Sequence record: ON062054.1
Origin: Escherichia phage P818
DNA length: 49,175 nt
Direction: 5' to 3' (one strand)
Part shown: positions 37,235 to 45,697 of the stretch, in pieces
Layout of the letters: the number at the start of each line of letters is the position of its first letter
Position numbering within the stretch: position 1 is the first letter of the stretch
Translations under genes and position numbers: made by a program
The notes under the pieces: generated by a model
Told to the model about the DNA's origin: nothing
What the model saw: the letters and a program-made list of their open reading frames with translations, nothing else
The model's database searches: none

Positions 37235-37695
37235 AACTTAATCTCCTCATTCCTGCGATTCACTAACCCCTTAACGACAACCTTCTTGCCATTAACGGTA
37301 GCCTTTGTCCACATCCCGAGAGCCTTGCAACCCTGCTCAATCTTACCCTGGTTAATTAACTTAACGGCAGTAGATTTCCTCATAGCTGAGCCGCCAACAT
37401 TGTAGCTAAAGCTGATTAAAGCCGCCCTTGTTTGCGGTGAGATTGGGTAGGTGACTGCATTCTGAACATACTTAGCATGAATCTGAATGTGTTTCTCCAG
37501 CAGGTTCCGGCACTCCCTGTTACTGTAAGTTTTACCCAAAACTACGTCGGGGCCAGTAATACCGGAACACACCGTAGGGATTCCGGCAATGTCCATGTAA
37601 GGCTTGTTCTCCACACCCTCAACGAGCTCAATAAGCGGTGCCGCGATGTATATTGCCGCAGCTGTCGCCGCACTAATTATCAGCTTCTGCTTCAT
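37210..37695 (-). CDS. SAR endolysin (T4-lysozyme-type muramidase)
   Basis: 161 aa; weakly hydrophobic N-terminal signal-anchor-release segment then E-x8-D-x5-T catalytic triad spacing. Confidence 0.75.
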   Translation of the reverse strand: MKQKLIISAATAAAIYIAAPLIELVEGVENKPYMDIAGIPTVCSGITGPDVVLGKTYSNRECRNLLEKHIQIHAKYVQNAVTYPISPQTRAALISFSYNVGGSAMRKSTAVKLINQGKIEQGCKALGMWTKATVNGKKVVVKGLVNRRNEEIKLCLSGLQR

Positions 37696-37911
37696 TTACT
37701 TGCTCCTTATCTTGATTGCTGTTTTTAAGTCTCCTGATTCAAGAGCGCGCCTAATGGCCTGGCTATCCTTAAACTTCCAGTAAGCCCCCCAAGCTCCAAA
37801 AATTATCAGAGCGATAAGGCTGATTATTGCTATGGTCATTTGACCAGTCGCTGCGCCAGTCACCGCAGCCCCGCCAGTTGATGCTGTAGCAGCGTTAATT
37901 ACTTCTCTCAT
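37696..37911 (-). CDS. Holin (pinholin candidate)
   Basis: 71 aa; Ala/Gly-rich segment plus TM helix, charged C-terminus; stop and endolysin start adjacent (TAAATG). Confidence 0.55.
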   Translation of the reverse strand: MREVINAATASTGGAAVTGAATGQMTIAIISLIALIIFGAWGAYWKFKDSQAIRRALESGDLKTAIKIRSK

Positions 37912-37990
37912 GTGATCCGCCTTTTATTTATTTGTCAATGTTTCAGTTAGTAAAAACATGATACATTAGCGACGCTCGTAAAAGAAGCAT

Positions 37991-38016
37991 AAAAAAAGGG
38001 AGCCTAAAGGCTCCCC
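37991..38016 (-). terminator. Intrinsic terminator upstream of lysis cassette
   Basis: Minus-sense GGGGAGCCTTTAGGCTCCC followed by TTTTTTT. Confidence 0.6.
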
Positions 38017-38042
38017 GTTCGTAACGTTATGTTTTTAATGCG

Positions 38043-38216
38043 CTAGTCAGCGATAATAAATTCAACCAGCGCACCATCAATAGGCGCAAAAATCCACGTC
38101 ATATCGTCGCCGTAAATCTTGTAGTTACCGTCACCTTGATACTCGGCGCTGTAAGGATTGTTAACAGTGAAAGGAAGGGTTTTAGATGTGTTCTTAACGC
38201 AAAATAATTTAACCAT
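38043..38216 (-). CDS. Hypothetical small protein (57 aa)
   Basis: Not in the ORF track; AGAGGA RBS; directly downstream of motif copy 13. Confidence 0.4.
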   Translation of the reverse strand: MVKLFCVKNTSKTLPFTVNNPYSAEYQGDGNYKIYGDDMTWIFAPIDGALVEFIIAD

Positions 38217-38267
38217 GATTGAATCCTCTGTAAGTGAGATATGAATATAGCGCCATATAGGCGCTAT

Positions 38268-38289
38268 GTTTTAACAAAAAGTGCTATTT
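38268..38289 (-). promoter_or_regulatory. Dyad motif copy 13
   Basis: Minus-sense TAA-ATAGCACTTTTTGTTAAAAC; hairpin AGCGCC...GGCGCT in 22-bp spacer; TATATT. Confidence 0.6.
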
Positions 38290-39418
38290 ACATACCAGGG
38301 CGATAAATGTGTCGACCAACCTCTCCGAACTCCTTGTGGTAAACAATTGCAGCCGCTTGGCGGTATGATCGCCACCCTCCGCGAGCGGCATATGCATCCT
38401 TGCTAGCCAGCGCTGGGTGAACCTCGTCAATCCCAAGAGTGCACTCTGTAACAGTTGCATGATGGAAATGGCCGGAGTGGCAGTAAACAAACTCACATTC
38501 ACCAAAGTCTTTGCGGTAGTCGGTCGCCATTGCTGCGAGTCGACCCTCAGCTTTCTTCATCGTGTGACCGTGCGTGTAACCAAGTAGTGTTGAACCAAAT
38601 CTTGTTTTGTGCATGATTGCCGGACTGGTATCAACAAACACTCGACTCTCGTCTTCATAAAATGCAGCCATTGCCGCGCGAAGCCAAATCATACCACTTT
38701 GGTCATGATTTCCCTCTATAATCTGAATCTCGACATTTTTATGCTTTTTAAGCATCTTCTCTACTGCACCACGAATTGAGCGAATCGCAACATAAACTAA
38801 CTTAGCATATCGGCTATCCTGATCAAGGCAGTGTCCGCTTGCTGGAGTTACCGCCTCCAACCCATCAGAGTGGAGGAAGTCTCCACCAACTAAAATCACG
38901 GCTTTCTCTGAGGCTGGTGATACAGAGATTGCGTGGTCAAAATATGACCCCATTAATTTCTCTGCCGTTTTAGTGTCATAATTCTCACCAGATTCATGGC
39001 GATGTGCCATCATGCCGATATGGATATCGAAAATAGGGTAAAGAGTCATTAATTCAGACTTGACCTCATTGCCTGAGTGGATTACCACATCTGCCTTCGG
39101 CAACTCCGAACAAAAAGCCTCACGCGCCTGTTCCATCAGAACCTCAAGGCGCTCATTATCAATTGAGGTCTTAACCCACCGGATCTTCTCGTTACCTTCC
39201 GCATCAATCATGGTTGACGTGCCTTTTACAGCGAATCCATCAGGAACATATTTAGCAACAGCTTTGTTACCGTGTCCGTGACCTTTCTTGGCCAGGTTGC
39301 TTGAGCGTTGCTCAACAGTTCTAATGTTCATCCCATATTCCTGGGCGATCTGACGCAGTGTTTTACCAGCTTCGCGCTCGGCAATGAATTGTTCGTCGCT
39401 AATTTTCTTAATTGACAT
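38288..39418 (-). CDS. Metallophosphoesterase (protein phosphatase-like) with N-terminal HTH
   Basis: 376 aa; N-terminal sigma-70-region-4-like HTH; calcineurin-like motifs GDFLHSDG, GNHD, GHTHGH, GHFH. Confidence 0.7.
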   Translation of the reverse strand: MSIKKISDEQFIAEREAGKTLRQIAQEYGMNIRTVEQRSSNLAKKGHGHGNKAVAKYVPDGFAVKGTSTMIDAEGNEKIRWVKTSIDNERLEVLMEQAREAFCSELPKADVVIHSGNEVKSELMTLYPIFDIHIGMMAHRHESGENYDTKTAEKLMGSYFDHAISVSPASEKAVILVGGDFLHSDGLEAVTPASGHCLDQDSRYAKLVYVAIRSIRGAVEKMLKKHKNVEIQIIEGNHDQSGMIWLRAAMAAFYEDESRVFVDTSPAIMHKTRFGSTLLGYTHGHTMKKAEGRLAAMATDYRKDFGECEFVYCHSGHFHHATVTECTLGIDEVHPALASKDAYAARGGWRSYRQAAAIVYHKEFGEVGRHIYRPGM

Positions 39419-39421
39419 CTT

Positions 39422-39907
39422 TTATTCTCCGTGATTCTTGTGAAATTTAAATTTTCTTTGAAATTGCATTCTACACAATTTAGCTTCCTCTATCGAGCCA
39501 AAGTAACCAAGGTGCATTAACTTTCCATCTACCTTTATCCTGGCGACATACTTTGATAGAGGTTTATGCCATGAAACACCAGTAACTCCGGTTGAGTTGT
39601 CAGATCGCATAGACTGGTTTCTTCCATTCTCCGTCCTTGTAACAAGTCTCAAATTCGATATGTTATTGTTGCTCCTGTCATGGTCTATGTGGTCTATCTC
39701 CATCCCTTCAGGTATATCTCCGTTATGGAGATACCAAACGACAATATGAACCCTGTAATTTTTTTTGTTAAACATCATTTGCCAGTATCCAGTTACTTTA
39801 CTGACGCAACCGCACTTACTGCCAACTTTTATCTTCTTGCTTTTTGATCTCTTCCAGACCAAATGAAGATCATCATCATACTCAACAAAATCAATAAGCT
39901 CTTTCAC
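39422..39907 (-). CDS. HNH endonuclease with AP2-like domain (copy 2)
   Basis: 161 aa; EIDHIDHDRSNNNISNLRLVTRTENGRN motif; paralog of copies 1 and 3. Confidence 0.8.
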   Translation of the reverse strand: MKELIDFVEYDDDLHLVWKRSKSKKIKVGSKCGCVSKVTGYWQMMFNKKNYRVHIVVWYLHNGDIPEGMEIDHIDHDRSNNNISNLRLVTRTENGRNQSMRSDNSTGVTGVSWHKPLSKYVARIKVDGKLMHLGYFGSIEEAKLCRMQFQRKFKFHKNHGE

Positions 39908-39988
39908 ATTTAAATCCTTATCGTGTTAGTAAGTAGATGATAATAAAACCAATTATCGGCGGTAATAATACAGGAATTAAGCAGCGCA

Positions 39989-40240
39989 TCAAATCTTTTT
40001 CAACCATGTTGTCAAAGTATTTGGCTCAACGGCTTCGCCTGCATTTTCTGATTCGCTTGGAACCATCATACCAGTTGAAGGGCTAAAATACATCAGGCGA
40101 TAACCGCCACCGCGCGAGCATGGCACATCTTCGAAGTCCGAAGGCAACCAGTCAGCAAAAGGGATAATTGCGAACGTCTCATTGTTGTTGCTGCAAGTCG
40201 GGTATTTGTCAGCGTCAAAATCAAGGCCTGGTAAGTTCAT
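39989..40240 (-). CDS. Hypothetical small acidic protein
   Basis: 83 aa ORF. Confidence 0.45.
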   Translation of the reverse strand: MNLPGLDFDADKYPTCSNNNETFAIIPFADWLPSDFEDVPCSRGGGYRLMYFSPSTGMMVPSESENAGEAVEPNTLTTWLKKI

Positions 40241-40482
40241 TTATATCTTCTCGCTGCGTCTTTCGTTGCTTGAATGCAGGCCTTGTAATCAATCTTCACC
40301 GGAGTTGCCGGAACTCTGATCAGCTTACGCGGCCTTTCGTGTATATACGTCATCTTTCCGTTGAATATGACGCATATATCTTTAATATCGAAATGCTTGG
40401 CTATAAGCGCAATATCATCACTTATTCCTGCCTCCTTGCAGTGATCCCAAACAGCATGACGGCCTACCTCAACAGTTACCAT
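40237..40482 (-). CDS. Hypothetical small protein (start uncertain)
   Basis: ORF track gives 40237-40563; shortened to limit overlap with 40469-40702. Confidence 0.3.
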   Translation of the reverse strand: MVTVEVGRHAVWDHCKEAGISDDIALIAKHFDIKDICVIFNGKMTYIHERPRKLIRVPATPVKIDYKACIQATKDAARRYK

Positions 40483-40702
40483 AAATGTCAAAGCCCCCTG
40501 ACATGGCTTGATAATCTGCGATAGGCAAGTGACCATAAGCGCCCTTGAGATAAGTAACGGCAATCACTTCGTCAAGACCGCCGTCCTTACCAAGCGACAG
40601 CGCTTCACTTGCACACTCATTAGCCAGGCGAAGCAGGTGCGGCAGTAAAATATTTTTACGGTATGCCTGCTGGTTGTAAGTGCTAAAAGGTTGCTTCTTC
40701 AT
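40469..40702 (-). CDS. Hypothetical small protein
   Basis: 77 aa; GAGGAA RBS; directly downstream of motif copy 14. Confidence 0.5.
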   Translation of the reverse strand: MKKQPFSTYNQQAYRKNILLPHLLRLANECASEALSLGKDGGLDEVIAVTYLKGAYGHLPIADYQAMSGGFDIYGNC

Positions 40703-40757
40703 GATGATTCCTCGTCTCGTTGGTATGAAAGAAGTATACCCGCGCGGTGGCGGGTAT

Positions 40758-40777
40758 GTTTAGCAATTCGTGCTATT
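40758..40777 (-). promoter_or_regulatory. Dyad motif copy 14
   Basis: Minus-sense TAA-TAGCACGAATTGCTAAAC; hairpin CCCGCCACCGCGCGGG in 22-bp spacer; TATACT. Confidence 0.6.
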
Positions 40778-41012
40778 ACGCAAAATCTTCGGGGCAAGCA
40801 AGCATATAGTCTTCAAGGTCTTTCCGTATTGCACGGCTCCAGCTATTAAGTGGCTTATCTCTAATCTCTTCAAATGACATATCCAGATCTGAGAACTCCC
40901 AAGCGTCACCATTAAACCCCGCTTTAGTTAGCTCCTTGCAGACGATCGCGCGGAATAAAAGATACTGACCATTGTGGTTTAGATTAATTTTCATACCGCT
41001 CATTTTAAACAC
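40776..41012 (-). CDS. Hypothetical small protein
   Basis: 78 aa; 8-nt overlap with methylase gene. Confidence 0.4.
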   Translation of the reverse strand: MFKMSGMKINLNHNGQYLLFRAIVCKELTKAGFNGDAWEFSDLDMSFEEIRDKPLNSWSRAIRKDLEDYMLACPEDFA

Positions 41013-41733
41013 TCCGTTTACGTGGTTTCTTACGGCTTACGCCAGGGCAAATATCAGCGACGCTAACATATGTAGTCTTCTGCGTCTCGCCTTCTTTCAG
41101 TTTTCGCATTACAAAAATAACAGAGCCTTTATTATTACCATCGACAGGCTTTCCGGTCAGGCCTGATATGAATGCCAGCCTTCCGGTTCGGCAGTATTCC
41201 TGCTGGTCAATTTCTGTTATCTCCGCCTCAATCCAGATGATTTCAGCCGCGTTGCGTCTGGCTTCTGCAAACCACGCCGTTGAGTTATCACCAGGAAGCA
41301 ACATATCAATCTGATTGTTGTGTTCCATCTGCTCAATCGCTTTCTTCACGAAAGGATCTGGATGTGAGTATGGCGGGTTAAGCCATATGTGCTTATTGCT
41401 ACCCCAACAAATTTTGAGACAGTTCACTTGCTCGCTGTAGAACTTTTCGCAAACAGCATTGTTAGCGCTGGCGGCGGCGTCAATGTCATACTTCCCATAA
41501 CGCGACTCCATCCATGAGATCACTTCTCTGTCAGTGGCCCATAGGTCACGAACTGCGTCAGGCGTCTTGCTTCCGGCGTATCTGTTTCCAGTTACCTGAT
41601 AGAAGGTGTCTGGCTTAACCGCCTGGTAATGACCATTTCCAGGAACAAGCGCATTAGTAACAAAATTTTCACGCTCGATCTGCTCAAAGATAACGAATGC
41701 GTCATGAGTATCCTTGTCGTTTGAGTCGATCAT
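41005..41733 (-). CDS. DNA N6-adenine methyltransferase (phage Dam-like)
   Basis: 242 aa; NPPY catalytic motif. Confidence 0.75.
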   Translation of the reverse strand: MIDSNDKDTHDAFVIFEQIERENFVTNALVPGNGHYQAVKPDTFYQVTGNRYAGSKTPDAVRDLWATDREVISWMESRYGKYDIDAAASANNAVCEKFYSEQVNCLKICWGSNKHIWLNPPYSHPDPFVKKAIEQMEHNNQIDMLLPGDNSTAWFAEARRNAAEIIWIEAEITEIDQQEYCRTGRLAFISGLTGKPVDGNNKGSVIFVMRKLKEGETQKTTYVSVADICPGVSRKKPRKRSV

Positions 41734-41734
41734 C

Positions 41735-42007
41735 TTATTTAACCTCGGTAACTTTGCAGTTATTAACAGCGACGAACCCGCCGACGCTAACTTTGACCTG
41801 ACTTTCAGTCACGTTGTAAACTGCCTTACCCAAGAAAGTTTGCAGTTCGTAGTGATCGCCTTCACGCTCAATAACAACGCCCTTGTCTGAAACAATCTGC
41901 GACTTGGTTACTGTGAAGGATTCCTTACCGCAATCGTAAAACTTGGTATCTTCTGCACAGCCTGCCATTGCCACAACTGCTAGTAAAGCGATGATTGACT
42001 TTTTCAT
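41735..42007 (-). CDS. Putative lipoprotein
   Basis: 90 aa; signal peptide MKKSIIALLAVVAMAGC with lipobox Cys; AAGGAAAA RBS. Confidence 0.5.
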   Translation of the reverse strand: MKKSIIALLAVVAMAGCAEDTKFYDCGKESFTVTKSQIVSDKGVVIEREGDHYELQTFLGKAVYNVTESQVKVSVGGFVAVNNCKVTEVK

Positions 42008-42071
42008 TTTGTTTTCCTTGGTTGGTTACTTCGTTTCGATGAGGTGATAATACACAACCTCACCGATTCGC

Positions 42072-42092
42072 CTTTAGCAATTAGTGCTATTT
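42072..42092 (-). promoter_or_regulatory. Dyad motif copy 15
   Basis: Minus-sense AAATAGCACTAATTGCTAAAG overlapping stop; 22 bp then TATTAT in hairpin; CACCTCATCGAAACGAAG box. Confidence 0.6.
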
Positions 42093-42515
42093 TGAAATCA
42101 TTTCTTTGAATGCTGCAAGAAAACCCTCGCGACCGTAGGCTACAGCTGCGAAGCCTCCTGATTCTCTTACGCTTTTTAGGAAAGACTTCTGTTCATCACT
42201 TACGTGTTTTGCTTGTTTTTTACCAGCTCTCTTTAGTTCTATGGCACCAAACGGATAACTACCGCGCAATGAATCAGGTATTAAAAACATACAGTCTGAT
42301 ACCCCTTTAAGTAGTCCTTTAGCTTGGTCTTTCCTTGCTTGCCCAAATGTTTTCTTGTTCTCGTTAACTACATGAAAGAATACCATTTCTGGATAGTTGT
42401 ATTTAACCCAATCAGAGCAAAAGATTTGTTCGTCATCCTCCTTAGGGCATGACTTAACCGGGCCAGGGTAAAACTCAATGTAATCAACTTTGTCTGTAAT
42501 TTTCATATCAATCAT
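42087..42515 (-). CDS. VRR-NUC domain nuclease
   Basis: 142 aa; PD-(D/E)xK-like D...ELK pattern; 8-nt overlap with helicase gene. Confidence 0.55.
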   Translation of the reverse strand: MIDMKITDKVDYIEFYPGPVKSCPKEDDEQIFCSDWVKYNYPEMVFFHVVNENKKTFGQARKDQAKGLLKGVSDCMFLIPDSLRGSYPFGAIELKRAGKKQAKHVSDEQKSFLKSVRESGGFAAVAYGREGFLAAFKEMISK

Positions 42516-44502
42516 CCATAGTAAAAGATTTGTTTGCGATAATATCTTGAGACTTCTGGTTCTTACGGTGTGTAATCCTTAATGGAGCTCGGAAAAGGTG
42601 AGCATTAGTCATAATCATTTTAGCATTACGCAATCTGCCAATTCTAAAAGCCTCGGTCCTGTTCTCTATGTGAGCCGAGCAAAATGCTTTCCATTTTACA
42701 GAGCAAACTCGATGGTCTGACTCTGGGAAAAACGTCTCATATGCTCGGAACCTATCCCCACTGTGAGCCATGACCTCATATGAAGCAACAATACCTGACT
42801 GGTTCTTTGTTAAACAAATCTTGAAATCATAAACTCGCAACCAGTCCCCTTTGCGGTACATTTTCCCAGATAACTTAGCGTTTGGGTCTATTAGCATCTC
42901 TCCGCAGCATCGACAGTTTTTAGCTGCAACATCATTCTTCTCTCTACAACCTTTCTTAATAATAACTTTTGTCTGTTGGTCCTCTATATCTTCACACAAG
43001 CGAAACTGAAAGAAGTGCTCACAACGCTTCCCGTCAATTACGTTATTGCAACGACGAGCAAAAGGAGAGTTCTCATAACTACAGGCCGGACATATTCTTG
43101 GCCCATCACCGCCTTTGCGTGAAGACTTAAATTTCTGGTCCTGAACTTCCTCTATGATTGGGTCAAAGTATAATTCTGCCATGTCATCAAGGGTGCCAGC
43201 GAAGTCTAGTACCACGTGATCATCCTTAACCATCCCCATCTCCTTGTGCTTCTTCTTTAGGATACGCATACCTCGACCAAGCAACTGAATAAGCAGGGTG
43301 ATGCTTCCAACCTTGCGAAGAATTATTGAAGTATCCCACGGCGGGACGTTCACGCCGGTTGTGAGGCAACCAATCTGAAAGATGAATTTATACTTACCTT
43401 CAGCTGCGTCAGAAAGAATCTCACGACGCTTTTTCTCACCAGTAGAGTCAGTTACTATAGCCCAGGTTACACCCTCAGGAAGCGCCGCGGCTGCTTCCTC
43501 GCAATGCCGCTTGCCTGAGCAAGTTACTAGTGCTGCGTTACGATTTTCCATAAACTTGGCTGCGAACTGCATAATCTTTTGAGTCATGGACTGGTTTTGG
43601 TGAATTTTTTCCTGCATCGCATCCATTTCTTTCTTGCTAAAGTCTTTCACTCCATCACTTCCATCTGGAGCAAACTCGCTAAGGTCATAACCTAAATCGC
43701 CAACCTCGCCGTAAACAGTTGGCACAACAAACCGCAAATCAACCAGGTAATTGGTTGGCACCTGAATCACTGTTTTGCGCCAAAATCCACGGATATTTGG
43801 ATTGCTAACAACGATATGATCATTGTTGCGATACGGGCTACCAGTTAGGCCAAAGATACGAAGCTCTCGACCATACTTCTCACGACAACGACGTTTCATT
43901 TCAGTAATGATTAGCGTGTACTGCGCACGACCCGTGCCAAGCAATCCAGTATTAACGCCTTCCTTAAAAACCTTCTCACCTTTCTTTGTGCTCATTTGCT
44001 CAAATGTTTCTTCGTTCTCCTCGGCTTCAACGATATCCATGTGATCGACCATGTGGCACTCATCTATAGCTATAACGGCAGGAACATAGTCACCAAGCCC
44101 CTTAAATAAGCCGTTAGCCGCAGTTCCTTCGCTAGCAACTATGGTTGGGTAATAAACTGATTTAACGTTAAGGCCAGCGCAATAGACGCTATTACGAATG
44201 CCAAAATTGCGAAGCTCTTCGCTGTCCTGGCTCACGATCTCAGACTGGCGAGATAGCACCATATAAGGAAGCCCTAACTGTTCCATTCTCTTACCGATCA
44301 TGGCGAGAATGATAGTTTTACCAGCAGAAACCGACAGGTCTGCTATGAATGGGCTTTCATACTTCCCGATAGCCTTACCGATCGCATCAAATGTAACGCA
44401 CTGGAAATCGTAAGGAGTTATCTCTCCAAACGAGAATTCTCTCTTAATCTCTTCCATGCGATTTTTATCAAAGTTGGCGACCATTTTTTCAACGGGTAAC
44501 AT
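42508..44502 (-). CDS. SF2 ATP-dependent DNA helicase with C-terminal zinc-ribbon region
   Basis: 664 aa from ATG with AAGGTG RBS (ORF track start is upstream TTG); Walker A GKT, DECH box, Cys-rich C-terminus. Confidence 0.8.
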   Translation of the reverse strand: MLPVEKMVANFDKNRMEEIKREFSFGEITPYDFQCVTFDAIGKAIGKYESPFIADLSVSAGKTIILAMIGKRMEQLGLPYMVLSRQSEIVSQDSEELRNFGIRNSVYCAGLNVKSVYYPTIVASEGTAANGLFKGLGDYVPAVIAIDECHMVDHMDIVEAEENEETFEQMSTKKGEKVFKEGVNTGLLGTGRAQYTLIITEMKRRCREKYGRELRIFGLTGSPYRNNDHIVVSNPNIRGFWRKTVIQVPTNYLVDLRFVVPTVYGEVGDLGYDLSEFAPDGSDGVKDFSKKEMDAMQEKIHQNQSMTQKIMQFAAKFMENRNAALVTCSGKRHCEEAAAALPEGVTWAIVTDSTGEKKRREILSDAAEGKYKFIFQIGCLTTGVNVPPWDTSIILRKVGSITLLIQLLGRGMRILKKKHKEMGMVKDDHVVLDFAGTLDDMAELYFDPIIEEVQDQKFKSSRKGGDGPRICPACSYENSPFARRCNNVIDGKRCEHFFQFRLCEDIEDQQTKVIIKKGCREKNDVAAKNCRCCGEMLIDPNAKLSGKMYRKGDWLRVYDFKICLTKNQSGIVASYEVMAHSGDRFRAYETFFPESDHRVCSVKWKAFCSAHIENRTEAFRIGRLRNAKMIMTNAHLFRAPLRITHRKNQKSQDIIANKSFTMDD

Positions 44503-44521
44503 ATATAAACACCTTATAAAT

Positions 44522-44550
44522 TTGGATTTGTTGCGTTTCATTGGTATAAT
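44522..44550 (+). promoter_or_regulatory. Sigma70-type promoter for the 44601 HTH gene, overlapping the helicase promoter -10
   Basis: TTGGAT-17 bp-TATAAT with TGG extension; leader CCATCGAAACCAA then motif copy 16 then RBS GAGGTG. Confidence 0.5.
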
Positions 44551-44569
44551 AACAGCCATCGAAACCAAT

Positions 44570-44589
44570 GTTTAACAAAAAGTGCTATT
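44570..44589 (-). promoter_or_regulatory. Dyad motif copy 16 (shared by divergent helicase and HTH promoters)
   Basis: Minus-sense AATAGCACTTTTTGTTAAAC; 21 bp then TATTAT (44546-44551), 44-nt leader to helicase ATG; same site lies after the predicted start of the plus-strand promoter. Confidence 0.6.
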
Positions 44590-44600
44590 GAGGTGATAAA

Positions 44601-45074
44601 ATGAATGCAACTGATAAGCGTACTCTTAACGGCAATAACGGAACTATCCGCACAGAAGATAAGAAGCAGCGTAAGCGACCGTCAGGTTACTATGTTCTCA
44701 AGGATGAAGTAAAGGCCGGATTAAGAGCGCGACTTGATATTGTATTTGAGTTCTACGGCAGCAAGGCGAACATGGCTAAGCAATTAAAGGTTACTCGACA
44801 GGCCGTTGAAGAATGGTTTAAGCGTGGAATGATGTCGGCACGCGGCGCTCAACTGGCGCACAACAGATATAAGCGAACTGGCGAAGGGTTCCGCGCTACA
44901 TTCTGCCGCCCTGATCTGCAATTCGACGGGAACGGCAAGCCGCTAACGCTGCGTTGCAAAAAGCGTCACATGCTGCGCGTCGTCACCGAGGCTGAACTAG
45001 CCACTAAGCCTGAATGTCGCTCATGGCGAAAAATTAAAGCAGCAAACGAAGCAGCACGGAAAGCTAAAGAATGA
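44601..45074 (+). CDS. HTH DNA-binding protein (Cro/YdaS-like), candidate regulator
   Basis: 157 aa; HTH-like segment SKANMAKQLKVTRQAVEEWFKRG; basic C-terminal half. Confidence 0.55.
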   Translation: MNATDKRTLNGNNGTIRTEDKKQRKRPSGYYVLKDEVKAGLRARLDIVFEFYGSKANMAKQLKVTRQAVEEWFKRGMMSARGAQLAHNRYKRTGEGFRATFCRPDLQFDGNGKPLTLRCKKRHMLRVVTEAELATKPECRSWRKIKAANEAARKAKE

Positions 45075-45080
45075 CAATCA

Positions 45081-45096
45081 AGGGGCGCTAGCCCCT
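45081..45096. terminator. Hairpin between convergent genes (weak terminator)
   Basis: AGGGGCGCTAGCCCCT palindrome; no strong T-run. Confidence 0.35.
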
Positions 45097-45105
45097 TCAT
45101 CTGAT

Positions 45106-45654
45106 CTATCTATCTCCGTCACACCCAAACTCACCATGATAATAATTACTGGCTTTTAAGTACGCTTCACGCGCCGACTCCTTTGTGGTATGCCTTCCTA
45201 GCCATATTTTTTTATTATTAACCCATATCCACGCCGTGTACTTCCCTGTTTGCTTGCAGAATCCAACGCCTTTTACTCCTGATGTATTGTGAGATGGTTT
45301 TTTCATATTTCTATTGTTCTCAGATGATGACGCTTCCCTTAGGTTTTCTATCCTATTGTCAGTCCTGATCCCGTTTTTATGATCTATATACTTAGAAGGC
45401 CATTCACCTTTACAAAGCGCCCATGAAACCCTATGGCATTTAACGTCGAATCCGAAAAATCTGAAAACCTTATAACCAGATTTATGGACCGTTCCGGCCT
45501 CATCTCCAGATTTAACCCTATTAGATGTGCTTTTTACCCAAATTATAACTCCGTTGTCGTATTTAAGGTAATTCCTAAGCATATCAATACTAATCAATGA
45601 CTCTTTTGCCTTCATTAAATCAAAGTCTTTGCTCATTTCATTTTCCTCATTCAT
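45106..45654 (-). CDS. HNH endonuclease with AP2-like domain (copy 3)
   Basis: 182 aa; YIDHKNGIRTDNRIENLREASSSENNRN motif. Confidence 0.8.
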   Translation of the reverse strand: MNEENEMSKDFDLMKAKESLISIDMLRNYLKYDNGVIIWVKSTSNRVKSGDEAGTVHKSGYKVFRFFGFDVKCHRVSWALCKGEWPSKYIDHKNGIRTDNRIENLREASSSENNRNMKKPSHNTSGVKGVGFCKQTGKYTAWIWVNNKKIWLGRHTTKESAREAYLKASNYYHGEFGCDGDR

Positions 45655-45697
45655 GTGTTATGCTTTTAATCATACCAACCGTAACATGAGATAGTCA

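Noticed and set aside
37915-37945. Consensus TTGACA hexamer 24 nt upstream of the holin start as a -35 element
   Set aside because: No -10 hexamer at 16-18 bp spacing; the hexamer would sit too close to the start codon to be a functional promoter.
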